DNA of 64,000 bases from Magallana gigas (GCF_963853765.1 NC_088861.1:21420281-21484280), one strand, 5' to 3'. Shown: positions 26,066 through 39,382, counted from the first letter of the stretch. Notes: generated by a model not told the origin, from the sequence alone. Numbers and translations: made by a program.

Positions 26066-26775
26066 ATTTAACAGATAGTTGGCATCCAATTGGTACAGAA
26101 ATATATTCCACAATATGGCATGCCTAAACAAATAGTGTGTTAAAATTTCAAGCATCTGCGATCAATAGGTGCTGAGAAATCTTTGAGGAAAATTTGTTTG
26201 AAAATTTTTGCTAAAATAAACAAAGTACTCATTTAACAGGAAGCTGACGTCCGATTGGTACAAAAATATATCCCACGATATGGCATGCCTAAACAAACAC
26301 TGTGTTAAAATTTACAGCATCTGCGAGAAATAGCTGCTGAGAAATCTTTGACGAAAAATTTTTTGAAAATTTTGGCTAAAAATAAACAAAGTCATTATTT
26401 AACAGGAAGTTGACGTCCGATTGATACAAAAATGTATCCCACAATATGGCATGCCAAAACAAAGTGTTTAAATTTCAAGCAACTGTAATAAATAGTTGCT
26501 GAAAAATCTTTGACGGAAATTTGTTTGAAAATTTTGGCTAAAAATAAACAAAGTACTCATTAAACAGGAATTTGATGTCCGGTTGGTACAAAAATACATC
26601 CCACAATATAGCATGCCTATACAAATACTGTGTTGAGAATTCTTTGACAAAAATTTGTTTGAAAATTTTTGTTAAAAAAAACAGAGTCGTCATTTAACAG
26701 GAAGTTGATGTCTGATTGGTACAAAAATATATCCCACGATATGGCATGCCTATAAAAATACTGTGTAAAAATTTA
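26066..26775 (+). repeat. Tandem array of about 4.5 units of ~165 bp (AACAGGAAG.TGACGTCCGATTGGTACAAAAATATATCCCACGATATGGCATGCCTAAACAAA...).
   Basis: Periodicity read directly. It lies between the MITE and a family-A array. Confidence 0.8.
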
Positions 26776-26782
26776 AAACTTA

Positions 26783-27300
26783 ATATATTCCTATGTAAAA
26801 CTTTAAACCCTCCCCCATTTTGGCCCCACCCTACCCCAAATAGTCATGATCTTCACAACTTTGAATCTACACTACCTAAGGATGCTTCCACACAAGTTTA
26901 AGCTTTCCAGGCTGATTAGTAACTGAGAAGAAGATTTTTAAAGATTTACTCTATATATTCCTATGTTAAACTTTAACCCCCCCCCCCCCCCCCCTTTGTA
27001 GCCCAACCTACCTCCGGGGATCTGATTTTTACAACTTTGAATCTACACTACCTGAAAATGCCTCCACACAAGTTTCAGCTTTCCTGGCTGATTAGTTTCT
27101 AAGAAAAAGATTTTTAAAAGATTTACTCTATATGTTACTTCGTAAAACATCAACACCCCCATTGTGGCCCAACCCTAACCAGGGGATCTTGATTTTTACA
27201 ATTTTGAATCTACACTACCTGAGGATGCTTCCACACAAGTTTCAGCTTTCCTAGCTGATTAGTTTCTGAGAATAAGATTTTTAAAGATTTACTCTTTATT
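26783..27300 (+). repeat. Family-A array, about 3 monomers.
   Basis: Monomer consensus, including an internal C17 tract. Confidence 0.8.
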
Positions 27301-28129
27301 TTCCTACTAGACTTTCAATGTTGTGGTTTCAATGTAACCATAAATAAAGAAAGGGGTCGAACTCTGAACCAAATAAAAAAAACTACCAGCTCGCTTCAAA
27401 AGCCTAATAAATCAATTATTTTTTACAACACTTGCAATATGCATGTATTTTTCAGAAAAGTAATGTCTAAGATACACTTATGCCAAATTTCAAGTTGATG
27501 GGTCTTAAAATAGCGGAGATACACATCATTATTCTCTCAAAGTCGCCAGTTTATTTTTACTCGAACATTTACCGGTCCAGGGCTAACGATGGGATATTGC
27601 CTATGACAACAGCAGTATTGCAACAAGTCGAGAAACATTCGCACTAATCTCACATTAAACACACGATACTTACATCCTTAAATTCCAATAAAATTCCTTA
27701 AATACTCTCCAAACTGAACTTTTATTCTGCAGCCACATCAACTTCTGACCAGACCAACCATTGTGATAGAATTAAATGTTTAACTCAATTTCATTAGTTA
27801 ATATTCCTGATGGTCCAACCAGAATCAGTCTTTCTCGAAGACATCAAAATGGCTGGCCCTGTGATTAGCATGAATGTGATGCGCATGCGCAAAATTGTAA
27901 AAAATCCAAATAATCCAGCTGATTTCCGGACTTTTTTAAAGGAATTTTCATTGACTATTAATTAGAGAATTGATTGAGAAAAAATAAAAACTAATTGGTA
28001 ATCTTCAAGTACCAATGATGTTTAAAATATATTATTAATAAAATATATAAAACAGAACACAGAATTCTTCCAATTTCTCGGTATTAAAGCCCAAAAATTC
28101 GAGTCTATTAATTTTAAAATAGTAGTATA

Positions 28130-29060
28130 GATGTAAAACTTCAACTCCCCTATTGTTGCCCCTCTCCCCCCTCCCTCCATTGTGGCCCCACCCTTCCCCC
28201 AGGGGGTCATGTTTTTCACAACTTTGAATCTACACTACCTAAGGATGCTTCCACACAAGTTTAAGCTTTCCTGGCTGATTAGGTTCTGAAAAGAAGATTT
28301 TTAAAGATTAACCCTACATATTTACACATGTAAAATTTTTAACCCTCCCCCCTATTTTGGCCCCATCCTTACCCCAAAGGTAATGTTTTTCACAACTTTG
28401 AATCTATACTACCTGAGGATGCCTCCAGACAAGTTTAAGCTTTCCAGTCTAATTAGTTTCTGAAAAGAAGATTTTGAAAGATTTACTCTATATATTCCTG
28501 TTAAACTTCCCATCCCAACCCTACCCATGGGAGTCATGATTTTCATGGGATCATGGATCATGATCATGGATCATGGGATCATGATGGGTGATCAGGGGAC
28601 GGTATTGGATATGATATCAGACATTTACGAAATAGATACATCAACACACCGTATTGTTGACATTTACATAGGCCTTCAATAATTCCTATGTTAAACTTCT
28701 GATCCCCAATTGTGGCCCCACCCTTCCCCTGGGGATCATGATTTTCACAATTTCGAATCTACACTACCTGAGGATGCTTCCACACAAGTTTTAGCTTTCC
28801 TTGCTGATTAGTTTCTGAGAAAAAGATTTTTAAAAGATTTACTCTATATATTCTTATGAAAAATGTCAACCCCCCCCCCCATTGTGGCCACACCCTACCC
28901 CCAGGGATCATGATTTTTACAACTTTTAATTTACACTACCTGAGGATGCTCCCACACAAGTTTCAGCTCTCCTGGACAAATAGTTCTTGAGAAGTTGATT
29001 TTTGAATATTTCTCAAAAATTTTCATTAATTTCTAATTGTCTTAATATGACACTCAAATT
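28130..29060 (+). mobile_element. Family-A array of about 5 monomers plus the start of the 3' tail, interrupted at 28543-28600 by an (ATCATGG)n microsatellite.
   Basis: Monomer consensus. The tail begins at ..TTCTTGAGAAGTTGATTTTTGAATATTTCTCAAAAATTTTCATTAATTTCTAATT and then diverges. Confidence 0.7.
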
Positions 29061-29779
29061 TTAGTTGCCTTTTGAAAATGCCTTACTGAAGCATTGTAAA
29101 CATTTAAATCGAAAATATAATTTTTGACCAAAATCGTGACCATGCCCCTTTAAAAGAAATTGTACCATATGGCCCCTCGGTAGAATAACAAAAAATAAAT
29201 ATTGGAAAGTATTCGATTTTTACACTTATTTTTGTATACACTTAATCTTTGACCTTTATGGAGTACCATTTTTACCAAAAATAAGAAAATCCTATGCAAG
29301 ATATAAAACTAAACTTTTTGTAGAGGTACATTGCTAACTTTCAATTCTTTATATTTTGTCTTGGTCTTCCAAATCATAAACGGCTGTTGTTTACCTGGCG
29401 TAAACTCCCATGACTTTTTAACCTTACTCACTTGATTGATGAATACACTCAAATGAAAAATGTTGTTAGTGACATATGTTAGGGAGTTATTATAGTCAGT
29501 GTATTGACAGGCATATCACTGTAATTTATTAAGACCCATCCATTATTTTCATCTTTATTCAAAAACAACAAATGGCTACAAACCAGGATGTTTTTATGTG
29601 GTAGAGTGCTATTTTTAATTTGTTTTTATTTAAATGATTAAATATCAAATGCACCTAATAATTTCTACAATTTGCGTTTTTGAATATCCGCGATGTTTTG
29701 ACTTTCCGTAATTAATAAAAGCATACAATACTTTTGGTTTTTATTATACTTATTTATATAAGTCCTGAGGGTAGGATCC

Positions 29780-32700
29780 CTTACAGAATTGCAGCATATA
29801 TGCAGTACATATGCAGCACATTATCAGTATAAAATCCCAGTAGACTATCAGTAGAGCTACAGTAGTGCTGCAAATGTACTGCAGAGCTTTTAAATGGAAA
29901 AATACAATGAAGCAGCAGACTTGCAGTATGTTTCAAATATGTTAATTAAGACTGCAATTGTACTGCAAATAAGACTGCCAGGCAGTATATACTGCCAGGC
30001 AGTATATGCTGCCCTGCAGTAGAATTCTTGAATATCTCTACAGTCTACTGGCCTGCAGTACTAAATAGCGCTGCTAAGCAGTAGACCTGTTGCAGTGGGT
30101 TTCAAATATCTACTGCACAGCAGTACTGTACACCCAAATATGGAGGCTTTGGTTGGCAGTAGAGTTGCAGCATGTTTCAAATATTTAAATTAGTACTGCA
30201 CTGCAGTACTGTATACCCAAATATGGAAGCTTTGGTTGGCAGTAGAGTTGCAGCATGTTTCAAATATTTAAATTAGTACTGCACAGCAGCATTGTGTATC
30301 CAAATATGGAAGCTTTGGTTGGCAGTAGAGATGCAGCTTGCTTCAGATATTTCATGTACCCTGGCCGGTAGGACAGCAAAACTACTGACATATAGTGATA
30401 TACTATGAATATGGTTGGCAGCCTTTGTAGAATACAACAACTATTCATAACAACTAAAGTAATATCTTCAGGTTTAATTACTCTAGATACATGTACACTT
30501 AATTACAAATAATTTGAAAATATATCTATATTCGCAATACTCATGATATTTGTATAAACGTTACAAAACTTTCAGGTTATTTCAGTTACTACAGTTATTA
30601 CAGTAAATCTATCTATAGTATAAGCAGTAATTTATAATGTGTAATAGTCAGTATATACACAAGCCTTTATGAACTTTCATTGCTGTGCTGCACAGTTAAC
30701 TTTCCCGCTTTTGGTCCTTTGGTCAATTTCACCGCCACTGCTTGGTGAAGGTCCCCTCTTGTAGCGCAAGACTTCTCAGTTCTGCGCTGAAAAATCTGCA
30801 AACAAATTAATGAAAATAATATATCTAAATTAAAACATCATTAATTTAAAAAATGTTAGGTCTAATTAGGTGTTTCTTAAAATGAATGCAGGCCATTTAA
30901 AAATTGTATTTATACAGAGAGATAAAAAAATGAAAATGACAGATGGAACTCTTTTATAAATGCATTGAAGGAGGTATAAAAAGCGTTAGATTTACATTTA
31001 CATACAGTCTTTTATAATTCCATAGATTCTTTAAAACCAATAGAATTTTAATAACTATAAAATGAAAGTTATGAAAAAAAAATAAGGTGCACAATTTTAA
31101 TATTTAAAATGAACAGGTCAAAACTTAAAAAACCCTTAAAAAAATGTATTTTAAATAATTTATAACTTAAATTTGACTTGTACAATTTACAGAAAAAATT
31201 TGCATTGATATACAATTTGAAATGATTAATCTATTAACTAACTGCATTTTAGAATGTCATTTTCTTTAATCCATTCTGCATATTTCACCTCCGGTTGTCT
31301 CGCAGGGCTTTTTGAGCCAGGTATTCTGCCCTCAGCATTCACTTGTTGAACTGGCAAGTCCCTATGGATACAATTTCATACTTTGCTACAGAAGCATAAA
31401 AAAATTTTTAATTTGAATTAAGCCTTTGATACTGAGGATAAATTACAATTATTACTCAAATTCAATGTACCTAATGGAATTTTTATTATCTTTTGTTAGA
31501 ATATAATAACATCATATTAAAATAGCACTCATTATTTAGGCGATTTAATGACTCAACCCTCTTTTGATGCAAACTCAGATTTTTAACAAAGCTTAAATCT
31601 AATACAAATGTGAAATCATTTATTTTGCTTACCTTAAAACAATCAATATTCAGCATCAAGTGCATCTTCCTCATGATCATGCAGTCATTAGTTCTAAAGG
31701 GAAAAAAAGAGAGAATGATTTTACTTATTGTGTTTACTTTCTTTTCTTTTTGTACACATGTATCCATCCATCGTTGTAGCTATAGTATATAACTTTGTAA
31801 CTTTATACAATATAAAAGAATTTTACTGCCATAAATCTAACTTTAAAATCGCCATTTTGAAATGTTTGACAAAAACTGTTCATTTGTTCCATTAAAGTAA
31901 CTACATTTATCTCATATACACTCAAGGTGATATCAACATAAATAGTTTACCTTTCTTCGCTACAACTGCTGCAACATTGTGATTTTTTAATGTTCCATAA
32001 CACATGCTGAAGATCCGTCTGCTTCGTTTAAAAGTGCGTAGTGATAGGCGGAAATGACGTTATAGAATCAAACAACACGGTGACAATATATTCTGATAAA
32101 TTGGGACTTTTCGATTCGGTTTGATATGAACATATATAAAACATACAAAACATTAATTGATCATAATGAATTGATTCTTTTCAATTAGACTGAATTTAAG
32201 GTACTAACGATGTCATTAATAAATATTCAGAATCAAACCATAAGAATTGAAGGAACGTACGAGTTGTTTAGTACGCAGCTTACACAAGTCGTGTCCGTAT
32301 AATTTTAACCCCTTCATGTTTTGAACCTGCAGTCTTTGAAAACTATCAAATAATTGGAACTCAAATAAATATAATATCGTACTTTGTTTCTTAAACTATG
32401 CACTATTTTTGTAAGTAGTATCTTCATTTTAAATTTTACTTTAAATTAAAGAATTAAGTTTTTTCCATCTTAAAGATCGTATTCATTTTGTATTGGCGAC
32501 GAATTGACTTGACACCTTATAAACAATGGCGGACTCTTCGAATAAGAGTGTAACTGCTGGAGTTTCAATCGCTTCTAAGCTAATGCATTCGCGACAGTGG
32601 TCATAGAAATATTCTCCAAACAGATTGATAACGTCTTTGAGGTTAATTGTGTGCTACAGTGATGCCGTTCACTTATAAATATTATTTCGCGACGGAGTTC

Positions 32701-33425
32701 AAATTCTAACGGAATGCATCTTTCGATCTCGAAGGTTGTACATAAGCTACTGACTGACCATGTTTTTACTAACGTGTTAATATGAACTTAAAGATTTATA
32801 AAAATTTATTATTATTGAAACATCGATCATGTCTATTAGTATATTTTTTCAGTGTTGGAACAGTTTTTTTACACATGTATTTTGCATTTCCCACAAACCA
32901 TCAGATTATAGTGTACATGAGCTGTAATATTTGCGGAATATGGTATACCTTCAGAATCTAAGTGATAAAGTTAATGCAGTACAAATGCAGTACCTTTGAT
33001 GCCTGTATTTAAATGATAAAGATAATGCAGTACAAATGCAGCACCTTTGATGCCTGTATCTAAATGATAAAGATAATGCAGTACACCCATATGGCAGTCA
33101 TGTGAATGATAATGATAAGGCAGCAGAAATGCAGTATACCTTTAATACCAGTATCTCTTAATAAAGATAAAGCAGTAGAAATGCAGCCTATTGGCAGTAC
33201 AAAAGCAGCATATGTAATTGTGTGTCACTAACAGAAAGTTTTTGCAGCACATTTTCAGTATATTTACAGTAGATTATCAGCATATACTGGTGCGCAGTAC
33301 ATTATGCTAATAAGTACTGCAAATATACTTCATTTTTGCAGTAGATATTAAGTATAATTGCAGCACTGTTGCAGCATATACTGCCTTTGCAGTATCTGCT
33401 GCAATTCTGTAAGGGATATAGATCC
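29780..33425. mobile_element. ~3.6 kb segment bounded by inverted repeats (CCCTTACAGAATTGCAGCA at both ends), with subterminal arrays of GCAGTAC-type motifs (29790-30360 and 32950-33420).
   Basis: The 29784-29806 sequence is the reverse complement of 33401-33424. The interior holds several short GT-AG-flanked open segments on the minus strand. Confidence 0.35.
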
Positions 33426-33989
33426 TTGTTTTTCATTGGTTGAGAGGGTTTTCCAGCGAAGTTCTTTGTGCTGGTCAGTAATAGATCAATAGTTTTTTAA
33501 GCCAGTCGAGATATTTTGACCTCCTGACTATTTTCATTAATTAATCACGAAAGACTTCAGGACATCGTCTGTAAGTTGACCTTGGTTTTCTTACTAATTC
33601 CTTAATTTCCATTAATTAATCTGTTTCTTACTTTTAATGTAATTTTAATGCAATATACTGAGTTTCAATTAATTAATGATCAAATTAAGCTTTGATTGAA
33701 TCAAAGTACATGTATATGAAGGTTTCTATATCAGTTGTATATCTCATATAATTATTATTTATAAATGTGTATGTGAACTCATTAATGTTCAAGTTCTGGT
33801 ATAAACTTTGATATAAGGGAAATAACTTATAGTTCTTTTGCATTTACTCAGTATTTATTGTAAACTTTTAAATGAAATTAATTCATGTATACTTCTTTGA
33901 AAATATCATTGTATTACTAGAAAACTGACCAGTCAGGAAGAGCCCCGCTATGACAATTAATATACCGAAGTGAAAAACAATTTGAATTC

Positions 33990-34151
33990 CATCCTCTTTA
34001 TATTAGGCCAAAAAAAAAAATATGTGTGTTTCCGGTTTCCCGACCGACCCCTTTTTTTCCCGGCCAAATTACCGACCCTAAACTTTTTTTTCGGATTTTA
34101 CCGGAAAAATTTGTCTTCTGCGTCTCCGGTTTCAACATTTACAAAATCAAA
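33990..34151 (+). promoter_or_regulatory. Putative TATA-less promoter / 5'UTR of gene A, with multiple CCGGAA/TTCCGG (ETS-like) motifs and an AAAATGGCGGCG (YY1/M8-like) motif overlapping the ATG.
   Basis: TTTCCGGTTTCCCGACCGACC, CCCGGCC, TTACCGGAAAAAT and TCTCCGGTTTC all lie within 130 bp upstream of the start codon. Confidence 0.35.
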
Positions 34152-34564
34152 ATGGCGGCGACTGTAGCTGCAACGAGTCTGTTAGCGATAAGAGTTAAAA
34201 AATGCAAGCACATTTCAGAGAAGAACGCAATTTTGTGCCTGGAAAACCGTAGAACTCTTCTTGATATTTTTATTGATTTACACGGTGATTTGCCAAAAGA
34301 CTCGAGACTTTCAATCGTTTGTAACAACTCGACAGATCCATCTAAAGGAACATCGTTCGACGTATACCCCAATATGCTGGTAGGCGATCTTGTTGGGACT
34401 TTTGCCATTAAAAGTATTGAATATTCCTGTTCAAAGGAAGAGCAAACAGTAGCATTGGGTGAAATCATAAATAATGCAGCTGAGGCGGCCACCAGTAAAA
34501 CGGTCGATGCATTTCAAGTCCTCATGGCGGGAGGCAGAAAGAATGTTTCATTGAAGACATCAAG
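34152..34564 (+). CDS. Gene A exon 1: MAATVAATSLLAIRVKKCKHISEKNAILCLENRRTLLDIFIDLHGDLPKD...KNVSLKTS(S).
   Basis: ATG in Kozak context CAAAATGG. Donor AAG|GTTTGT, with phase 2 matching exon 2. Confidence 0.6.
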
Positions 34565-35088
34565 GTTTGTATTAAAAGAGAGCTAGTTGTATAATTCATG
34601 GCATGTATAAATGAATTTTACCAGCTCCTTTAATCAGGCAGGGAAGTGTTAAATTATGATTGTCAATGTACACTGAATAACATAAGGTCATTGGACATAT
34701 AATTTTGTTAATCTACTAGAATATTTACAATTTTAGAAAGCATATGCCTTTATTATTTTCATTCTATAGTCTGTAGTTTTCATATCTTGCATCTAAATTT
34801 TGAAAATTTACACTTCCAAATTAAGTAATTGAATATGAATGGTACAGTTGATTTTAAACATTTTTATTATTTATACTGAACAAATGGTGTTTTATTTAGA
34901 AATTGAAGTTTGAATAAAATGTGTGTGTCTGAGGCCTGACAGATATATGTCAATCTGTCCATCCTTTTTTGGCTGGTTTTAAACTGTCTCTGTATTGCTT
35001 TAATATCATTAATAACAATAATTAATGTCTCAATGGTGTGTACTCAAGATTTACAAGGCCTAAAGAATGTTTATGTATCTTTTTTCAG

Positions 35089-35218
35089 TTGCGGTGTTAA
35101 AGATGGCATCAGTAGAAAGGATGAAATTTATAATAAGCTGGTTGAAAACTTTTTCAATTCAAGAAACCTAGATTTTCCAAGAGCTTCCTGTGAACAAGAT
35201 GGATCATACTTTGTACAG
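35089..35218 (+). CDS. Gene A exon 2: (S)CGVKDGISRKDEIYNKLVENFFNSRNLDFPRASCEQDGSYFVQ.
   Basis: Acceptor TCTTTTTTCAG| and donor CAG|GTCTTT. Phase is consistent at both junctions. Confidence 0.6.
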
Positions 35219-37021
35219 GTCTTTATGCTTAATATGTTATTAACTTTCAAATTTTAGAAAACAAAACAGTTTTAACATGACAAACAAGGATTCTTAAGGT
35301 CTGATAGTTTAAAGTCAAATACACTGTGTTTTTAATTGTCATTCTGTATAAAATAAATGTGTTACTCGGTATTCCAATGCCAAAAAGTTTTTTAAATGTT
35401 TTTCCCATACCATATAAGTTATATTTTACTTTTATTTTTAATATTAGAGCAGGAAAAAAGGTATACATGATATATATATATATATAGCTCTTACTTACAC
35501 TAGTATGCTATGCACTGCAGCACGTCAAAACTATAACATGTACAAATAATAGATGCTTGCTTAATATTAACCTACAAACTAGTATAATTTATAACACTTG
35601 TAGTTCTGTGGTCTTGTCTTGATACTGTATCCAGCTTACACACCTTTTATTAGGTCTTTCCACCTTTCAGGTGAAAGACCTATTGTATTTCTTATGTTTT
35701 TTATTATTCTTATTTTTTTTCTTCTCTTTTTTTCCAGGGACAGCTTTTTTATTTCAAGAGATATTGAAACAATTTTTTCTTTATGTTAATGGCCATTAAA
35801 AGTTATGGTACCAAATGACCCTTTGCTTGATAATTCCTAGAACTTACAAAGTTATTGCCCTTGTGTACGAAAAGCTTGTTATCGTTACTCCTCTGAAACC
35901 ATAAGAGATAGAAACTTGGAACTTTTACCAATGTCTTCAGTACACATAGAGGGTTCTTCAATCTATTCATATTGAAAGGATCTGAGCCCCCCTTCTTGTA
36001 GTTATTGCCCCTGAAAGTATTAAGGTTTCCAAAAAATCACTTCAAATTTTTTTATTATTTGACTTAGAGACTTCGGACCACTTGGGATGGAAGCGTCTAC
36101 CTTGGCCGAACAAAATGACATAAAGGTCAAAGGTCAAGGTCATCTGAAAATCTCTTAATTAATGAGTTTTTAGATCTCTTTTGTTTAGGGTGATAGAGAA
36201 AAACTTTTTCATGGATGTAGTAGTACATCATAAGACATTTTAAAATATAACCCTTTGACCCTTTCCATATTACAATTATAGAGTTATTGCCCCTATTGCA
36301 CAAAATGCTTGTTATCGCTACTCCTCATTAACCGTTAGAGATAGAGACTTCAAACCTTTACTAATGTATTCAGTACACTTGGACGCTCCTTCAATCTATT
36401 CATACCGAAAGGGTCCAAAGTCCCTTTATAGCAGTTATTACCCCTGAAAGTTTCGAACATTCATTAAAAACACAAATAACTTTTGAATCAATAATCATAG
36501 ATACATCGGATCACTTGGTATTGAAGCGCCTACATTGTCAGATCAAAATGACATAAAGGTCAAAGGTCAAGGTCAAGCAATACAAATTTGCAAACTTAAT
36601 CGTTTGACACTTTTATATGAAGTAACGCAGAAAAAATACTTCATTGTATTGAAACAATCTTATTTTAAACATAAAACAATGAGGTGGAAAGACCTCTAAT
36701 TGTTCGAGAACAATTAGTCTACTAGTTTAACATGGCGTTCTGGTGATATCCACTTTCAATTCTATTTATACTTAATGTTCTCCTCTAGTATAGAATATAG
36801 TATATTATATATTTTCCATTTTTGTAAAAACATTAGTGTTGCCTTAATCTATACCTTGCACAAACTATAATATTTATATCAAGCAGCACCGATAAGATTC
36901 TGTGATTTGTTTATAATAAGATTTGTACCCTGTTTGATTCATATACCAGTATCAGACTCAATAAAAATTTATATTTAAGGCCCTAGTATATAAAATTATT
37001 CATGTGTTCTACTTATTTCAG

Positions 37022-39382
37022 GTTCTCTGCAATGCATTGTGGTACGTCACTAATCATCATCAAACAATAAATGATGCCTCACTAAGGAAACAAACTCTAC
37101 TGCCAGTTCCAAATATCTTTAATGACTACGATGGATATAACGAAGTAAAAAGGAAAAAACTAAAATCCTGTCCATTGTCTGCATCACTTCTTGATAGCCA
37201 TGCCCAGGCTCTATATTCTTTACTGATGAAGCCTGTGGTCAATAGTTCAGTCTCTTGGAAACAAGGTGCAGAAGATATTAAGCAGTTAGCAGAATGTTTT
37301 ACTGCTTACAAAGAATATCTAGTTGTTCAGAATAAAACTGCCCAGGAAAATCAGAGTAAGTTGTATCCTGTTCGGACCATTGACAAAGAAGCCACCATTG
37401 AACACAGATATGGTAATTTGTCAGGTCAAATTAGAGAGAAATATGTGGACATAAATGAAGCTGTAACCAGTGCTGGAATTATGGCACCAGTGGTTTTTGA
37501 CGAATACAAACATTTGGATAAGCCTTTTGAAAGTAACTTGGAGCGATTCCGCTATTTTCAAGATCTTCAGTTGAAATGTCCTGTTGATATCATTCGTTTT
37601 AGTCCTGGTGGATCGTCAGTCTCAACAGTCTGTATAGTCCAAGTTTCCAATCAAAATAGATCAAACGCTGAAATGTTGACACAAGGTGCTCGATTACTAC
37701 AAACTGTCAGACCAAATTTGAAAGAATATCATACACGAGCTCAGAGACGATTGTTTAAAGAAAAACTGAAAAATGTTGCTTCTGTATTACCATCTGTTGC
37801 AAATCTCATTTATCAAGAGCTGGCATTGGATTTTTCTGCAGCAGAACACCCTGTAACCCAAGAGAGACTTAGACTTATTTTTCTTGGTCAGAATGACCTC
37901 ATTCCTGATTTAAGAGTGCTCAACCCAGGAAGACCAAACAACAAATTTGATGTTTTCTTTGAAACCTTATCAAAAGAGGTAGAAAAGATTACAGCTGCAG
38001 ACGATAGACGGCATGGGACAGCACATTTATCAGAATTTATCTCATTGGAAGAAATGGTTGAGAAAACAGCCAAATCTTGTCCAGAGGGCACTGATATTCC
38101 ATCAAAAAGCTTGGTGAGGTTACAATTTGCCCCTAGGAACCCTTATGCAAGGTCTGCATTGAACTTTACAGGAAAGATTGATGTGCAGTATAAAGTGCAA
38201 AGAAGACAGCTTCGCATTGACCATCCAGATGATCACTATTGCAATGCACAATTCAGATATCTTAAAGAGATGGCAATTGAGATGAGAGAGCATTGTGCTT
38301 TATTGTTCTGTGACGATAAGGCAAAAGTGAGTATTGGAGAACCTGGAAGTCCAGTTTCAACAGGTGTGAGGGGGAAGAAAACCATAGTGCCATCAAGTTC
38401 CACTTTAGTATCTTTAGATCATGACATGACTAAAGCATCCTTGACCCCCTCAGTTATTTTGCACTGTAAAATTCCTGGTAGCATTAATGACTCATTTGTC
38501 CGTGGTCAAGTAACAGTGACAGTTAATGATTCTGTTTTTCAAATGTCATCTCCGTTTCGTCATGCAGTTTCCATTATAAAAGCCTTTGAACAACAGGGAC
38601 ATTTTCCTTATACATTGCTTAAATTCACAGATGGTGGAACTGATCAGAGAAATACACTTGAAAGTGTGAAGTGTGCTTCAATTTGTGTATTTAAGGAAAT
38701 GAATCTTGACATGATGATATTGGCAAGATGTGCACCCGGTCACAGTTATGTTAACCCTGCTGAGAGAGTTATGAGCATTCTAAACTTGGCTCTGCAAAAT
38801 GTAGCATTAGAACGTAAAGAGTCAACAGAAAAAATGAATAAAGTTCTGAAAAGCTGCAACAGTATGGCAGATGTAAGAAATCTTGCTGAGAAGACTCCAG
38901 AAGTAAAAACTGCATGGATAGAATCAGTTGAGCCAGTTGCATCAGTGCTCCGTAACCGTTTCTTGAGATTGAAGTTAAAAGATGATCCAGTAAAGGCCCT
39001 AGATCCAGTTAGTGACCAAGAAATTGATATTTTGAAGCGCCATCTTAGAGAACTTTTCCCAAATCTTGATTTGAAAAAATTACAAAAAGTGCACACAAGT
39101 AAAGTTGAGAGTTATCAGAAGTGGATTGAAACTCATTGTAGAAGTAGACAATACACGTTTCAAATAAGAAAATGCAGAGATGAGAACTGTTGTCTTCCTC
39201 CACGCTTGAGAGATGAGCAAATGCAGTGGTTACCTGATCCAGTTCTAAATGAGACTAAAGATCATTACAAATCCTACAATGAAGTCAAAGGAACAGAAAC
39301 AAATGAATCAGACAGACCTTCTTTAAAAGCAAAACCGATCAAAGAAAAGAAACTGAACCTTAGAGCTACTGTGAATGTATAA
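37022..39382 (+). CDS. Gene A exon 3, a long intronless exon of 786 codons + stop (VLCNALWYVTNHHQTINDASLRK ... NLRATVNV*). Spliced product is about 967 aa with no recognisable domain; Cys-rich near the C-terminus. Possibly TE-derived.
   Basis: Acceptor CTTATTTCAG| at phase 0. It is the only long ORF in the window (792 codons in the track). Confidence 0.7.
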   Translation, partial: VLCNALWYVTNHHQTINDASLRKQTLLPVPNIFNDYDGYNEVKRKKLKSCPLSASLLDSHAQALYSLLMKPVVNSSVSWKQGAEDIKQLAECFTAYKEYLVVQNKTAQENQSKLYPVRTIDKEATIEHRYGNLSGQIREKYVDINEAVTSAGIMAPVVFDEYKHLDKPFESNLERFRYFQDLQLKCPVDIIRFSPGGSSVSTVCIVQVSNQNRSNAEMLTQGARLLQTVRPNLKEYHTRAQRRLFKEKLKNVASVLPSVANLIYQELALDFSAAEHPVTQERLRLIFLGQNDLIPDLRVLNPGRPNNKFDVFFETLSKEVEKITAADDRRHGTAHLSEFISLEEMVEKTAKSCPEGTDIPSKSLVRLQFAPRNPYARSALNFTGKIDVQYKVQRRQLRIDHPDDHYCNAQFRYLKEMAIEMREHCALLFCDDKAKVSIGEPGSPVSTGVRGKKTIVPSSSTLVSLDHDMTKASLTPSVILHCKIPGSINDSFVRGQVTVTVNDSVFQMSSPFRHAVSIIKAFEQQGHFPYTLLKFTDGGTDQRNTLESVKCASICVFKEMNLDMMILARCAPGHSYVNPAERVMSILNLALQNVALERKESTEKMNKVLKSCNSMADVRNLAEKTPEVKTAWIESVEPVASVLRNRFLRLKLKDDPVKALDPVSDQEIDILKRHLRELFPNLDLKKLQKVHTSKVESYQKWIETHCRSRQYTFQIRKCRDENCCLPPRLRDEQMQWLPDPVLNETKDHYKSYNEVKGTETNESDRPSLKAKPIKEKKLNLRATVNV

